DNA of 63,805 bases, the filler included, from a bacterium (GTDB lineage: Bacteria; UBP15; UBA6099; JAJRTR01), in NCBI GenBank assembly GCA_024278215.1. It is 5 parts of 4 records of this genome, joined end to end, with 100 filler letters (N's around TTAATTAATTAA, not from the genome) between each part and the next. Parts side by side here need not be neighbours in the genome. Positions count along the whole stretch, not along the records: positions 49,103 to 60,527 come from JAJRTR010000179.1; positions 60,628 to 63,805 come from JAJRTR010000190.1; 3 more parts are not named here. The stretch is one strand, 5' to 3'. This document shows, piece by piece, positions 55,503 through 63,805 of this stretch (the first letter of the stretch is position 1; every line of letters begins with the position of its first letter). The notes below the pieces were generated by a model. The model saw only the letters and a list, made by a program, of their open reading frames with translations, did no database searches and was not told where the DNA came from. Position numbers and translations under genes: made by a program.

Positions 55503-56432
55503 ATGTTCAGCAGGGGACATACTGTTTTGGTCGAAGAAATACCTCTCGAGTTCAAGCCCGGAAAAGCGCCTGCCGCTCCCCCGACCTCCGCTCTCTCTAT
55601 GTCATGGGCAGGCACGGCGGCCTTCACTTTAAAATACAAAACAACTACTCTTCTTGTCGATCCTTTTGTAACACGTCCACAGCTGCCCGGCATTTTGTTT
55701 CTCCGGCAGCGCGTTAACGAAGAACTATGCGCGGAGGTTTTTCCACGCGCGGATCACATCCTTGTCGGACACAGCCACTACGACCACCTGCTGGACGTAC
55801 CCTGCATCGCACTGAAGACCGGCGCAGTTGTGCATGGTTCCACGTCCACCGCGCGAGTGTGCCGCGCCGCAGGCATGAACTGCGGCCGGGTCCACGAAAT
55901 AACCCCCTGGCAACCTGTCGTTTGCGGCGAGTTCATAGCAACTTTCATTCCCGGAAAACACGGCAAAGCGCTTCGTGGCAGGATACCTTTCCCCGGCGAC
56001 ATTGTTGACAAACCGAATCTCCCGATGCACGCCGCCGCCTATAAACTCGGCGGCATGTTCGGGCTGCTGATCGAGGCGGGCGGACTCAGGATATACCATT
56101 GCGGCAGCGGCGACCTCATCGACGATGAAGTAGCAAAAATCGGCAAAGTAGACGTGCTGATCGCCTGCCTCGCGGGACGCCAGAAGTCTCCCGATTACCT
56201 GAAACGCCTTGTTGCCCCCCTCCATCCGTCCTATTTGATTCCCACTCATTACGACGACTTTTTCCGTCCGCTCAGGCATGTCTTCCGTTTCATCCGCGGC
56301 CTCGGACTCGAAGACTTTCTCGATGAGCGAAAACAGGTTTGTCCGGATGTGAAACTTATCATGCCCGACTTCTTCGATACTCTCGTTTTCGATACAGAAA
56401 AAAACAGGCTGCTCGAAGAACAGCCGGGTTGA
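55503..56432 (+). CDS. Metallo-beta-lactamase-fold hydrolase
   Basis: LLVDPFVTR, GHSHYDH (HxHxDH) and IPTHYDDFF. Confidence 0.9.
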   Translation: MFSRGHTVLVEEIPLEFKPGKAPAAPPTSALSMSWAGTAAFTLKYKTTTLLVDPFVTRPQLPGILFLRQRVNEELCAEVFPRADHILVGHSHYDHLLDVPCIALKTGAVVHGSTSTARVCRAAGMNCGRVHEITPWQPVVCGEFIATFIPGKHGKALRGRIPFPGDIVDKPNLPMHAAAYKLGGMFGLLIEAGGLRIYHCGSGDLIDDEVAKIGKVDVLIACLAGRQKSPDYLKRLVAPLHPSYLIPTHYDDFFRPLRHVFRFIRGLGLEDFLDERKQVCPDVKLIMPDFFDTLVFDTEKNRLLEEQPG

Positions 56433-56443
56433 TCAAAATATAT

Positions 56444-57079
56444 ATGATTTTCATACCACCGACATCACTTATCCGGGCCGAACTGAAAGGTGCCGGGATA
56501 ACGCTGAAACGTCTGTTGCGCAGATTCGGCCCGGGCCGCACAATTGTCGTGCTGGCAGGCATCGCCGCGGCACAGGCGATCGGCGAACCATGGCGCGAAC
56601 TCGGCCCTCCAGCAGACCGCAAAGAAGCGCTCTCGCGCCGACAGCTCGGTGCCGCCGTTCTCCTCGAACGCGAACTCCGCAAGCACACTTCGCACCGGGT
56701 CGCTCGAAAAATAACCTCCGAAATTGTGCGAAAATCATCTGTCTTTTTCCTCTCACTGTACGTACCCATCCTGAAAAAGGACAAACTGCTCTCAATGCCG
56801 GATGAAAAAAGAAAGAAATACCTGCGAAGAATTCAGGAGAAGTTTTTCAACGCCGACGCCGATCTGAAAATAGTTCGCGAAGAACAATTATTGATGCCTG
56901 TGAGTCGATGCCGTTTTGTAGAATTACTAGAAGCAATCGGCGAACGGGACATGGCCCCGATGTTCTGCGCCGGTGACAGGATTTTCTTCGATACACACCA
57001 GCCGGACATTACACTCGAACGCACCGCAACTCTCTCCGAAGGCGGCGCGCTCTGCGATTTCCGGTTTCGCTGGAAATAA
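56444..57079 (+). CDS. ATC-hydrolase (L-2-amino-thiazoline-4-carboxylate hydrolase)-like protein
   Basis: VSRCRFVE, FCAGD and LERTATLSEGGALCDFRF. Confidence 0.8.
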   Translation: MIFIPPTSLIRAELKGAGITLKRLLRRFGPGRTIVVLAGIAAAQAIGEPWRELGPPADRKEALSRRQLGAAVLLERELRKHTSHRVARKITSEIVRKSSVFFLSLYVPILKKDKLLSMPDEKRKKYLRRIQEKFFNADADLKIVREEQLLMPVSRCRFVELLEAIGERDMAPMFCAGDRIFFDTHQPDITLERTATLSEGGALCDFRFRWK

Positions 57080-57196
57080 TTGGCTCACCAGCATATTTCA
57101 TCAATGCGAGTAGAAAGACAGTTGTCGTTTCCAAAATTGTCAGTTTAACCGCCGGCGCACTATAATATTTCCACCCACAACAGATTAGTGAAGTGG

Positions 57197-58501
57197 CTAT
57201 CTTTTCATATAAAAATCCTTCAGCGTCCCGACTACGTGCGCGATCATGTCTACGGTGAGATCGGGGTACTGCGGCAGTGCGAGTATACTGTCACAGATCG
57301 TTTCAGAAACGGGTAAGGAGCCAGGACCGTAGCCAAGGTAGTCGAAGATTATCTGCCTGTGCAGCGATAGCGGATAATAAATCATGCAACCGATGCCGTT
57401 GTCTCGCAGGTGCTGCATAGTTCTGTCGCGGTTGGGCAGCCTGATATCGAATGTGTTGTAGGTATGATAAATACCCTCGGGTTCCGCCGGAAGAGCGATG
57501 GTGTTTTCGGGCAGTGCACCGTCCGCGGGCACCTCATCCGTGCCGATCACGTCGATTCCCGCTTCAGGCATCATCTCCCTGAATGTCTTTATGTATTCTA
57601 ACCCGTTTTTACGCCGTTTTTCAAGCCATTCGTCCAAGTGTTTGAATTTTACGGCAAGAATGGCAGCCTGCATGGAGTCGAGCCTGCTGTTGTAGCCGAA
57701 CATATCATGAAAATACTTCTTTTTGCTCGCTCCGTGAACATGCAGCGATTTCGCCACCTGGTAAATGTCTTCGTCGCTGGTGACGATCATGCCGCCGTCA
57801 CCTGCGCCGCCGAGATTTTTACTCGGGTAGAACGAAAAACATCCAACATCACCTGCCGCTCCCGCCTGTATCATTTCTGACCCGTCTTCCGACCCGTTTA
57901 TTCTGATCCTTGATCCCTGCGCTTGAGCCGCATCTTCTATTATCTTTAGGCCATACTCTTCTTTCAATTCAAGAAATCCGTTCATATCGGCCATGAGGCC
58001 GTATAAATGCACGGGCATGATACCCTTGACTCTTCCGCCGGTTTTTTTGTTTATGAGACCGTTCTCGCCCGTTTCACACTCGTTTTCAATAAATTTTCTT
58101 ACCGCATCGGGATCAAGGTTGTATGTGACGGGAGAAATATCGCAGAAAACGGGTCGGCCCCCCGCCGCCCACACCGATTCGGGAGTTGCAATAAAAGTAT
58201 AGGGCGTCGTGATGACTTCGTCGCCCGCACCTATGCCCGCCGCGCGCAACGCTATTATCAGCGCGTCTGTGCCGCTGGCGACGCCCAGCGCGTATTCTGT
58301 CCCGGTGTATTTCCTGACAGATTCCTCGAAATCCTTAACCGGTTGGCCGAGTACGAAATTGCATTGTTCGACAACTCCTCCGATTGCATCCATAATTTCT
58401 TCTTTTAGTGGTTGATAACAAGCCTTCAGGTCAAGAAACGGGACATTCAATATTGTTACCTCTTTTCCGAGTACATCTTCATTTTCCGAACACATCTTCA
58501 C
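57197..58501 (-). CDS. DegT-family nucleotide-sugar aminotransferase (WbpE-like)
   Basis: VPFLDL, VASGTDAL, PVHLYG, IEDAAQA, FSFYPSKNLGGAGDGG and NSRLD. Confidence 0.93.
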   Translation of the reverse strand: MKMCSENEDVLGKEVTILNVPFLDLKACYQPLKEEIMDAIGGVVEQCNFVLGQPVKDFEESVRKYTGTEYALGVASGTDALIIALRAAGIGAGDEVITTPYTFIATPESVWAAGGRPVFCDISPVTYNLDPDAVRKFIENECETGENGLINKKTGGRVKGIMPVHLYGLMADMNGFLELKEEYGLKIIEDAAQAQGSRIRINGSEDGSEMIQAGAAGDVGCFSFYPSKNLGGAGDGGMIVTSDEDIYQVAKSLHVHGASKKKYFHDMFGYNSRLDSMQAAILAVKFKHLDEWLEKRRKNGLEYIKTFREMMPEAGIDVIGTDEVPADGALPENTIALPAEPEGIYHTYNTFDIRLPNRDRTMQHLRDNGIGCMIYYPLSLHRQIIFDYLGYGPGSLPVSETICDSILALPQYPDLTVDMIAHVVGTLKDFYMKR

Positions 58502-58728
58502 TGACAGTTAAATATAAGATACATCCAGAATATTTTACAACAAAAGGGAGTACAATATCACTGATTGGACAAACTTTATCCTGATTATGATGTCCGAAAT
58601 GCGATAAATTCACCTTTGTCTTTCACCAACACAATTCAGCAAAGAGCCAGAAAAACAAGATGACATGGCGTGTTATAAATTCAGTTATCGACATATACTG
58701 ATATGTCCTTTAATGCGATAATTGTATC

Positions 58729-59961
58729 ATGAAATATTACCTTCGACTGGAGAACTATATGATAAATTGCAGATGCTGCCGGCCCATTCCGAAATACGAT
58801 GATTTCGAGTCTCTCGAATCTTATAATAAGGCATTAAGAAGTGAGTTCATGGAATTGATGAAGAACTGTCCCGCAATGAAAATTTATCTTCCTGATGAGC
58901 TTGTTGAAAAGGGTTATCCATTCGGAAAATCTAAAGAAACGGAATCTCCAATAATCGACGCTGCCGGTCACTTATCAACTATATTTAATTTGTATTGTTT
59001 CGGAACACTGCCTAACTACACTTTACCGGTTCATCGGTTTTTGCTTGATGATAATGGTGAGATCAAACCTGAGGTCACTAAACAATATAGAAAAGACTAC
59101 AGGGAAACATGGATAAACAACAAGAATTCAAAAGGTGAATTTAAAAAAGATTATAAAAGATGCCAAGATTTAGTCGAAAAGCTGTCTCAAAAGTACAATT
59201 ATAAACACAAGAAGGATGAATTTGTAGAAATGTGCGCTCACCACCACTATTTCCAAATATACTATGGGAAGATAGTAGAAATATTGCTTGCATATATGCT
59301 CGAAAATAATGGATACCATATAGATGGACTTGCGGCCCTGGCAAGTTGTCCGGCAGGTGATATTCTTGCGAACAAGGATAATAAGACATATCATATCGAA
59401 GTAAAGTATATTGGAATACAAAATGAAGAATTTCTCACAATGCAACACTGCTCTTTAGACAAACGTGGGTTCTCCATTGGTCCATACAAATATCTGAGAT
59501 ATTTTGTAGGGAAAATAAGAGAAGCGGCTGAACAATTGAAGAAATTTACGAAATCCGATACGGACATAGTAAAAATTGCGGCAATTGTATTTCATCCGGA
59601 TGTATGGGACGGTATGAAAATAGCTCTGTCTGAGAAAAGTAAAATTTATTCGGCATGTTTTCTTCAAGAACTATACATAAAAGAAATAAAAAACAACATG
59701 AAGTATTTCTGTAATGCAACAGATAGAACCTGTAAGATTGCATATGTTAATGAGATTGAGGAATATTGTAGCACATTAAATGATTTGTTGTTTTCAAGTA
59801 GAGTATTAGATGCCGTGTGGGCATTCAAAGTCGATGCAAGGGCGTTTGAATTCCAGGCTTCTTTTGGTAATGTGAAATTCATATATTCAGGACTCCTGAC
59901 CTGGGAGAAGGGTAAAAAAGAGGGCATGGCGAGAGAGGCACACAAAAAAGCGTATGAATAA
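58729..59961 (+). CDS. AT-rich hypothetical protein with PD-(D/E)xK nuclease-like motif
   Basis: VEILLAYMLENNGY...PAGDILA...HIEVK. Visibly more AT-rich than its neighbours. Confidence 0.65.
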   Translation: MKYYLRLENYMINCRCCRPIPKYDDFESLESYNKALRSEFMELMKNCPAMKIYLPDELVEKGYPFGKSKETESPIIDAAGHLSTIFNLYCFGTLPNYTLPVHRFLLDDNGEIKPEVTKQYRKDYRETWINNKNSKGEFKKDYKRCQDLVEKLSQKYNYKHKKDEFVEMCAHHHYFQIYYGKIVEILLAYMLENNGYHIDGLAALASCPAGDILANKDNKTYHIEVKYIGIQNEEFLTMQHCSLDKRGFSIGPYKYLRYFVGKIREAAEQLKKFTKSDTDIVKIAAIVFHPDVWDGMKIALSEKSKIYSACFLQELYIKEIKNNMKYFCNATDRTCKIAYVNEIEEYCSTLNDLLFSSRVLDAVWAFKVDARAFEFQASFGNVKFIYSGLLTWEKGKKEGMAREAHKKAYE

Positions 59962-60072
59962 AGGGAAAAAGTTGAGTGGAGAGAAAGATAACAAAATATG
60001 ACGGGACGCTACAAAGGGAAAAAAGAAATGATACAATATAGGGAACACATACAGCAGTGAGTGGGGGAAGAT

Positions 60073-60527
60073 ATGCCACAGATGATATTGCCGTTGTTTC
60101 CGGCGGAGGCCACCGCGATTAATGAACATCTGGCGTTCTGTAAAAAAGACGGCCAGGTATACTATCTGCAAGGCAGTATGCCGGTGTTTTGCCATGCGGA
60201 GAATGACATTGCATCGTTCCGGTTGTTTACCAGCCAGTTGTACATCAACGGGAATTGCAAGCAGAGGCAGATCGTGGACGCATTCGGGGTGACGCCGATC
60301 AGCGTTAAAAGAAGTGTGAAAAAATTGCAGGAAGAAGGGCCGGAAGCGTTTTTCAAGGAGCGCCGCAAGGGCACCGGCTCTGTGAAGCCGCGGGTGATGA
60401 CGCCGGAGGTGGTGAGAAGAGCCGAGGCGTTGCTGGCAGAGGGAGAGAGTGTGCGTGATGTAGCGCAGGCGCTGGGGATCAGGGCGGACACGCTGAAAAA
60501 GGCCATCACGTCGGGCCGCGTGAAAAC
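60073..60527 (+). mobile_element. IS element HTH/transposase ORF, truncated by the gap
   Basis: Two HTH-like segments (IVDAFGVTPISVKRSVK; SVRDVAQALGIRADTLKK), a GC shift relative to the upstream gene, and a contig break typical of repeated IS copies. Confidence 0.7.
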
Positions 60528-60627
60528 NNNNNNNNNNNNNNNNNNNNNNNNNNNNNNNNNNNNNNNNNNNNTTAATTAATTAANNNNNNNNNNNNNNNNN
60601 NNNNNNNNNNNNNNNNNNNNNNNNNNN
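60528..60627. other. Assembly spacer
   Basis: N...TTAATTAATTAA...N. Confidence 0.98.
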
Positions 60628-61401
60628 AGCAAGGGCGGCCACAAGGCCGCGCGTGCGATTATGACTACCGACACAGTGCCTAAGACTTGCGCGGTGGAAG
60701 TGCGGGCCGACAGGTCGTCATACAGGATCGCGGGCGTCGCCAAAGGCTCCGGGATGATCCAGCCCGATATGGCGACGATGCTGGGTTTTATTTTCACGGA
60801 CGTTGATATTCCGTTGCCTTCGCTCAGGTCGATATCGAAAAAAAATATTGATGCGACATTCAATTGCATATCGGTCGACGGCGACACAAGCCCGAATGAT
60901 ACAGTGCTGGTGGCGGCGAACGGCGCTTCGGGTGTGAAGCTTAACAGCAACAAAGACAGAGCCCTCTTCGCGGAGGCGCTGGGTGCTGTGATGCGTTATC
61001 TCTCGATGGAGATTGTCCGGGACGGCGAGGGTGCAACCCGGTTTGTAGAGATAGAGATCAAAGGCGCTGAAAGTGAGCCGGACGCGAAAGCAATGGCGAA
61101 GGCCATTGCTAATTCGCAACTCGTGAAGACGGCGATATTCGGCGGTGATCCCAACTGGGGAAGGATCGTGTCGGCGGCGGGCGTTTCAGGCGCCGGATTC
61201 GATCCGTCAGCCGCGCGACTTATTATCGACGGCGCTTGTGTCTACGACAGGGGAAAGTTGCAGGTTGTTAATAAAAAGATATTAAATAAGAAGGATGTTT
61301 TTATTGTGCTCGACGCTGGGCTGGGACGCGCGGGAACAAGGTTCTGGACTTGTGATCTCACTTATGATTATGTTAAAATAAATGCCGAATATACGACATG
61401 A
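60628..61401 (+). CDS. argJ: Ornithine acetyltransferase ArgJ (5' lost in gap)
   Basis: AIMTTDT, AKGSGMIQPDMATML, DGDTSPND, RDGEGAT, DPNWGRI and CDLTYDYVKINAEY. Confidence 0.96.
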   Translation, partial: SKGGHKAARAIMTTDTVPKTCAVEVRADRSSYRIAGVAKGSGMIQPDMATMLGFIFTDVDIPLPSLRSISKKNIDATFNCISVDGDTSPNDTVLVAANGASGVKLNSNKDRALFAEALGAVMRYLSMEIVRDGEGATRFVEIEIKGAESEPDAKAMAKAIANSQLVKTAIFGGDPNWGRIVSAAGVSGAGFDPSAARLIIDGACVYDRGKLQVVNKKILNKKDVFIVLDAGLGRAGTRFWTCDLTYDYVKINAEYTT

Positions 61402-61404
61402 TAT

Positions 61405-61426
61405 AAAAGGGGCGAAAGCCTTTTTT
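61405..61426 (+). terminator. Terminator-like hairpin between argJ and argD
   Basis: AAAAGGGGC-GAAA-GCCTTTTTT. Confidence 0.45.
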
Positions 61427-61479
61427 GTTTTTGGGACTTTTCAGAAAACGACTGTCGACGGGACTGGCGGGAGGACAGG

Positions 61480-62673
61480 GTGATGGACCTTTGCGAAGCG
61501 AGAAAACTTGACGCGAAACATGTTTTCGGAACCTATGGGCGCCTGCCCGTGATGCTTGTCAGGGGCAGGGGCGTATATGTTTACGATAGTGAAGGCAATC
61601 GCTATCTGGACATGCTCGCCGGGCTGTCCGTCAACGCGCTCGGACACTGCAACAAGCGTGTGGCGGATGCTGTAAAGAAACAGATCGTGACACTCTCCCA
61701 CGTCTCCAATCTCTACTATACGGAGCCGATGATTCATCTTGCACGGAGACTGAACGAGATCTCGGGAATGAAGAAGTGCTTTTTCGGCAACAGCGGCGCG
61801 GAGGCAAACGAAGCTGCGATAAAGCTTGTGCGCAGGTACCATTCGCAGATTCTCCGTGATGGACGCAACGAGATTATCTGCATGAAAAATTCCTTTCACG
61901 GAAGAACTATGTTGACCGTAACCGCCACGGGTCAGGATGTATATAAAAAGGGTTTCGATCCGTTGCCCCCCGGATTTAAACACACGCCGATGAACGATCT
62001 CGGGGCGCTGGAAAAGAAGATTACAGGGAAAACAGCGGCGGTCATGGTCGAGCCGGTGCAGGGCGAGGGCGGAGTGTACCCGGCGACAAAGAAATTTATG
62101 AAAGGCCTGGTGTCGCTGAGACGCAAACATGGAATCGAGTTGATATTCGACGAAGTTCAATGCGGGCTGGGCCGCACCGGCAAGTGGTTCGCATATATGC
62201 ACTATGGCGTGAAACCCGATGTTATGACGCTTGCGAAACCGGTCGCGGGCGGGCTGCCCATGGGTGTAATGCTTGCGCGGGGTAAAGTGGTGAAAGGGTT
62301 CGCACCCGGATCACATGCGTCTACGTTCGGCGCGAATCCCGTGGTGTCGGCGGGCGCGCTCGCTTTTCTCGACGAGATGCGGGAAAAACAGTTGGTCGAA
62401 TATGCCGGGAATATTGGAAATTATTTCATGTCTGAACTTTCCGGTCTGAAGGAGAAGAGACCGGAGATAAAAGAGTTGCGCGGGCTGGGCCTGATGATCG
62501 GTATCGAGATGGACGCCGATGCGAAAAAAGCGGCGGATTTCTTCCTCGAAAACGGCGTGCTTGTGAATGCGGTGAAGCCGAATGTATTGAGAGCTTTGCC
62601 GCCTTATATCATTAATGAGAAACATATCGATCTGTTTGTGAAACTGCTGGACGAATTTCTTGAAACGCAGTGA
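61480..62673 (+). CDS. argD: Acetylornithine aminotransferase
   Basis: NSGAEANEAAIK, SFHGRT, EPVQGEGG, DEVQCG, TLAK and HASTFG. Lies between argJ and argF. Confidence 0.95.
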   Translation: MMDLCEARKLDAKHVFGTYGRLPVMLVRGRGVYVYDSEGNRYLDMLAGLSVNALGHCNKRVADAVKKQIVTLSHVSNLYYTEPMIHLARRLNEISGMKKCFFGNSGAEANEAAIKLVRRYHSQILRDGRNEIICMKNSFHGRTMLTVTATGQDVYKKGFDPLPPGFKHTPMNDLGALEKKITGKTAAVMVEPVQGEGGVYPATKKFMKGLVSLRRKHGIELIFDEVQCGLGRTGKWFAYMHYGVKPDVMTLAKPVAGGLPMGVMLARGKVVKGFAPGSHASTFGANPVVSAGALAFLDEMREKQLVEYAGNIGNYFMSELSGLKEKRPEIKELRGLGLMIGIEMDADAKKAADFFLENGVLVNAVKPNVLRALPPYIINEKHIDLFVKLLDEFLETQ

Positions 62674-62717
62674 AGAAACGGGGGGTAAAGACATAGCAAG
62701 TATTGGAGAACAGGAAT

Positions 62718-63704
62718 ATGTCGGCGTTGGATATTATAGAACGGGCCGGCGGGGGCAAGCGGATGGCTGATCTGAAAGGACGCGATTTACTGACCCTGCA
62801 CGATTACAGTCCGAAAGACATTTCGGCAATAATCGATCTTGCGGACAAGCTCAAAGCCGAACTCGCCGAAAGAGGATCTCACATGCGGCGTACACTCGAA
62901 GGTAAATCGGTCGTACTCTACTTCGAGAAACAGTCGCTTCGCACACGTGTGTCTTTCGAGATAGGTGTGGCGCAACTGGGCGGGCAGCCCGTGGTGATAT
63001 ACTCCGGAAATACACACGCGGACAGGGGCGAGCCGAGGCAGGACACCGCCCGTGTGCTCAGCCGCTATGCACACGGTATAGTGATCCGTGCGTATAAACA
63101 CGAAGATATTGTACAGACAGCCGAGTGGGCCGACATTCCGGTGATAAACGCCCTGTGCGAAAGAGCCCATCCCTGCCAGGCGCTCGCAGACCTGATGACG
63201 ATTTATGAAAAGAGAGGGCGCGGCAAAAAAACAAAAGTCGCTTATATCGGCGACGCTAATAACATTGCCGCCTCACTTATGATTCTTTTATCCAAGGTCG
63301 GCATAGACATCGCGCTTGCATGTCCTGACGGCTACAAGCCGGAGCCCGCGCTGATTGCGAAGGTCGAAGGCTATGCGGAAGCCGAGGGCGGCAGTGTAGA
63401 GGTTGTCGACCGGCCTGTGGACGCGGTGAAAGACGCGGACTTTGTATATACCGACGTATGGGTCAGCATGGGTATGGAAGAAGAAGAGCGTGAAAGAAGA
63501 GAAGCATTCGAGGGATATTGTATAAATAATAAATTGATGAAGGCGGCAAAGAGCGATGCGCTGTTCATGCACGATCTTCCCGCGCACAGGGGCGAAGAAG
63601 TGAGTGATAATGTTATCGAAGGTCCGCGGTCTATTGTGTTCGACCAGGCCGAAAACAGGCTGCATGCGCAGAAAGCTCTTTTGAGTTTGCTTATCGGAGA
63701 CTGA
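62718..63704 (+). CDS. argF: Ornithine carbamoyltransferase
   Basis: SLRTR, HPCQALAD, YTDVWVSMG, HDLPAHRG and FDQAENRLH. Start could instead be 62703 or 62763. Confidence 0.95.
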   Translation: MSALDIIERAGGGKRMADLKGRDLLTLHDYSPKDISAIIDLADKLKAELAERGSHMRRTLEGKSVVLYFEKQSLRTRVSFEIGVAQLGGQPVVIYSGNTHADRGEPRQDTARVLSRYAHGIVIRAYKHEDIVQTAEWADIPVINALCERAHPCQALADLMTIYEKRGRGKKTKVAYIGDANNIAASLMILLSKVGIDIALACPDGYKPEPALIAKVEGYAEAEGGSVEVVDRPVDAVKDADFVYTDVWVSMGMEEEERERREAFEGYCINNKLMKAAKSDALFMHDLPAHRGEEVSDNVIEGPRSIVFDQAENRLHAQKALLSLLIGD

Positions 63705-63805
63705 TAAATATGCCCGGCGGAGAAAATGAAAACCGGCTGGTTTCAGGCGATACGACTGAAAACGAAAAACAGGCCGAGGCCACGATCCGGCCACGTTGGT
63801 TTTCA

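Overview
Draft bacterial genome sequence made of five contig pieces joined by four 100-nt artificial spacers (N...TTAATTAATTAA...N at 23489-23588, 44392-44491, 49003-49102, 60528-60627), so gene order across those joins carries no information. The gene set suggests a probably flagellated, heptose-making (gmhA) anaerobe. Housekeeping genes include dprA-topA, a NarL-type two-component pair, remB-amrS-sppA-maf-mreBCD-mrdA-secG-pncB-gmhA, gcvPA/PB, a 2-hydroxyacyl-CoA dehydratase operon and argJDF. Accessory genes encode surface proteins, glycan-modifying enzymes, an AT-rich PD-(D/E)xK gene and a transposase fragment. No rRNA, tRNA or CRISPR array was found. Best leads: (1) a membrane protein with a catalytically dead GGDEF domain but intact RxxD I-site, in an operon with a DUF2723/TMEM260-like TPR glycosyltransferase and divergent from fapA (possible c-di-GMP-gated glycosylation); (2) an MreB in the canonical operon that lacks two conserved acidic ATPase residues; (3) a 93-bp tandem array encoding a 31-aa four-Cys repeat, missed by the ORF track; (4) a truncated GT2 domain fused to a very long coiled coil; (5) a group IIC intron 5' remnant after a terminator; (6) many MITE/REP families, some nested and some with clear target-site duplications; (7) a sigma-28 promoter placed for leaderless expression of an unknown gene. 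All family calls come from motif recognition by eye, not database searches.
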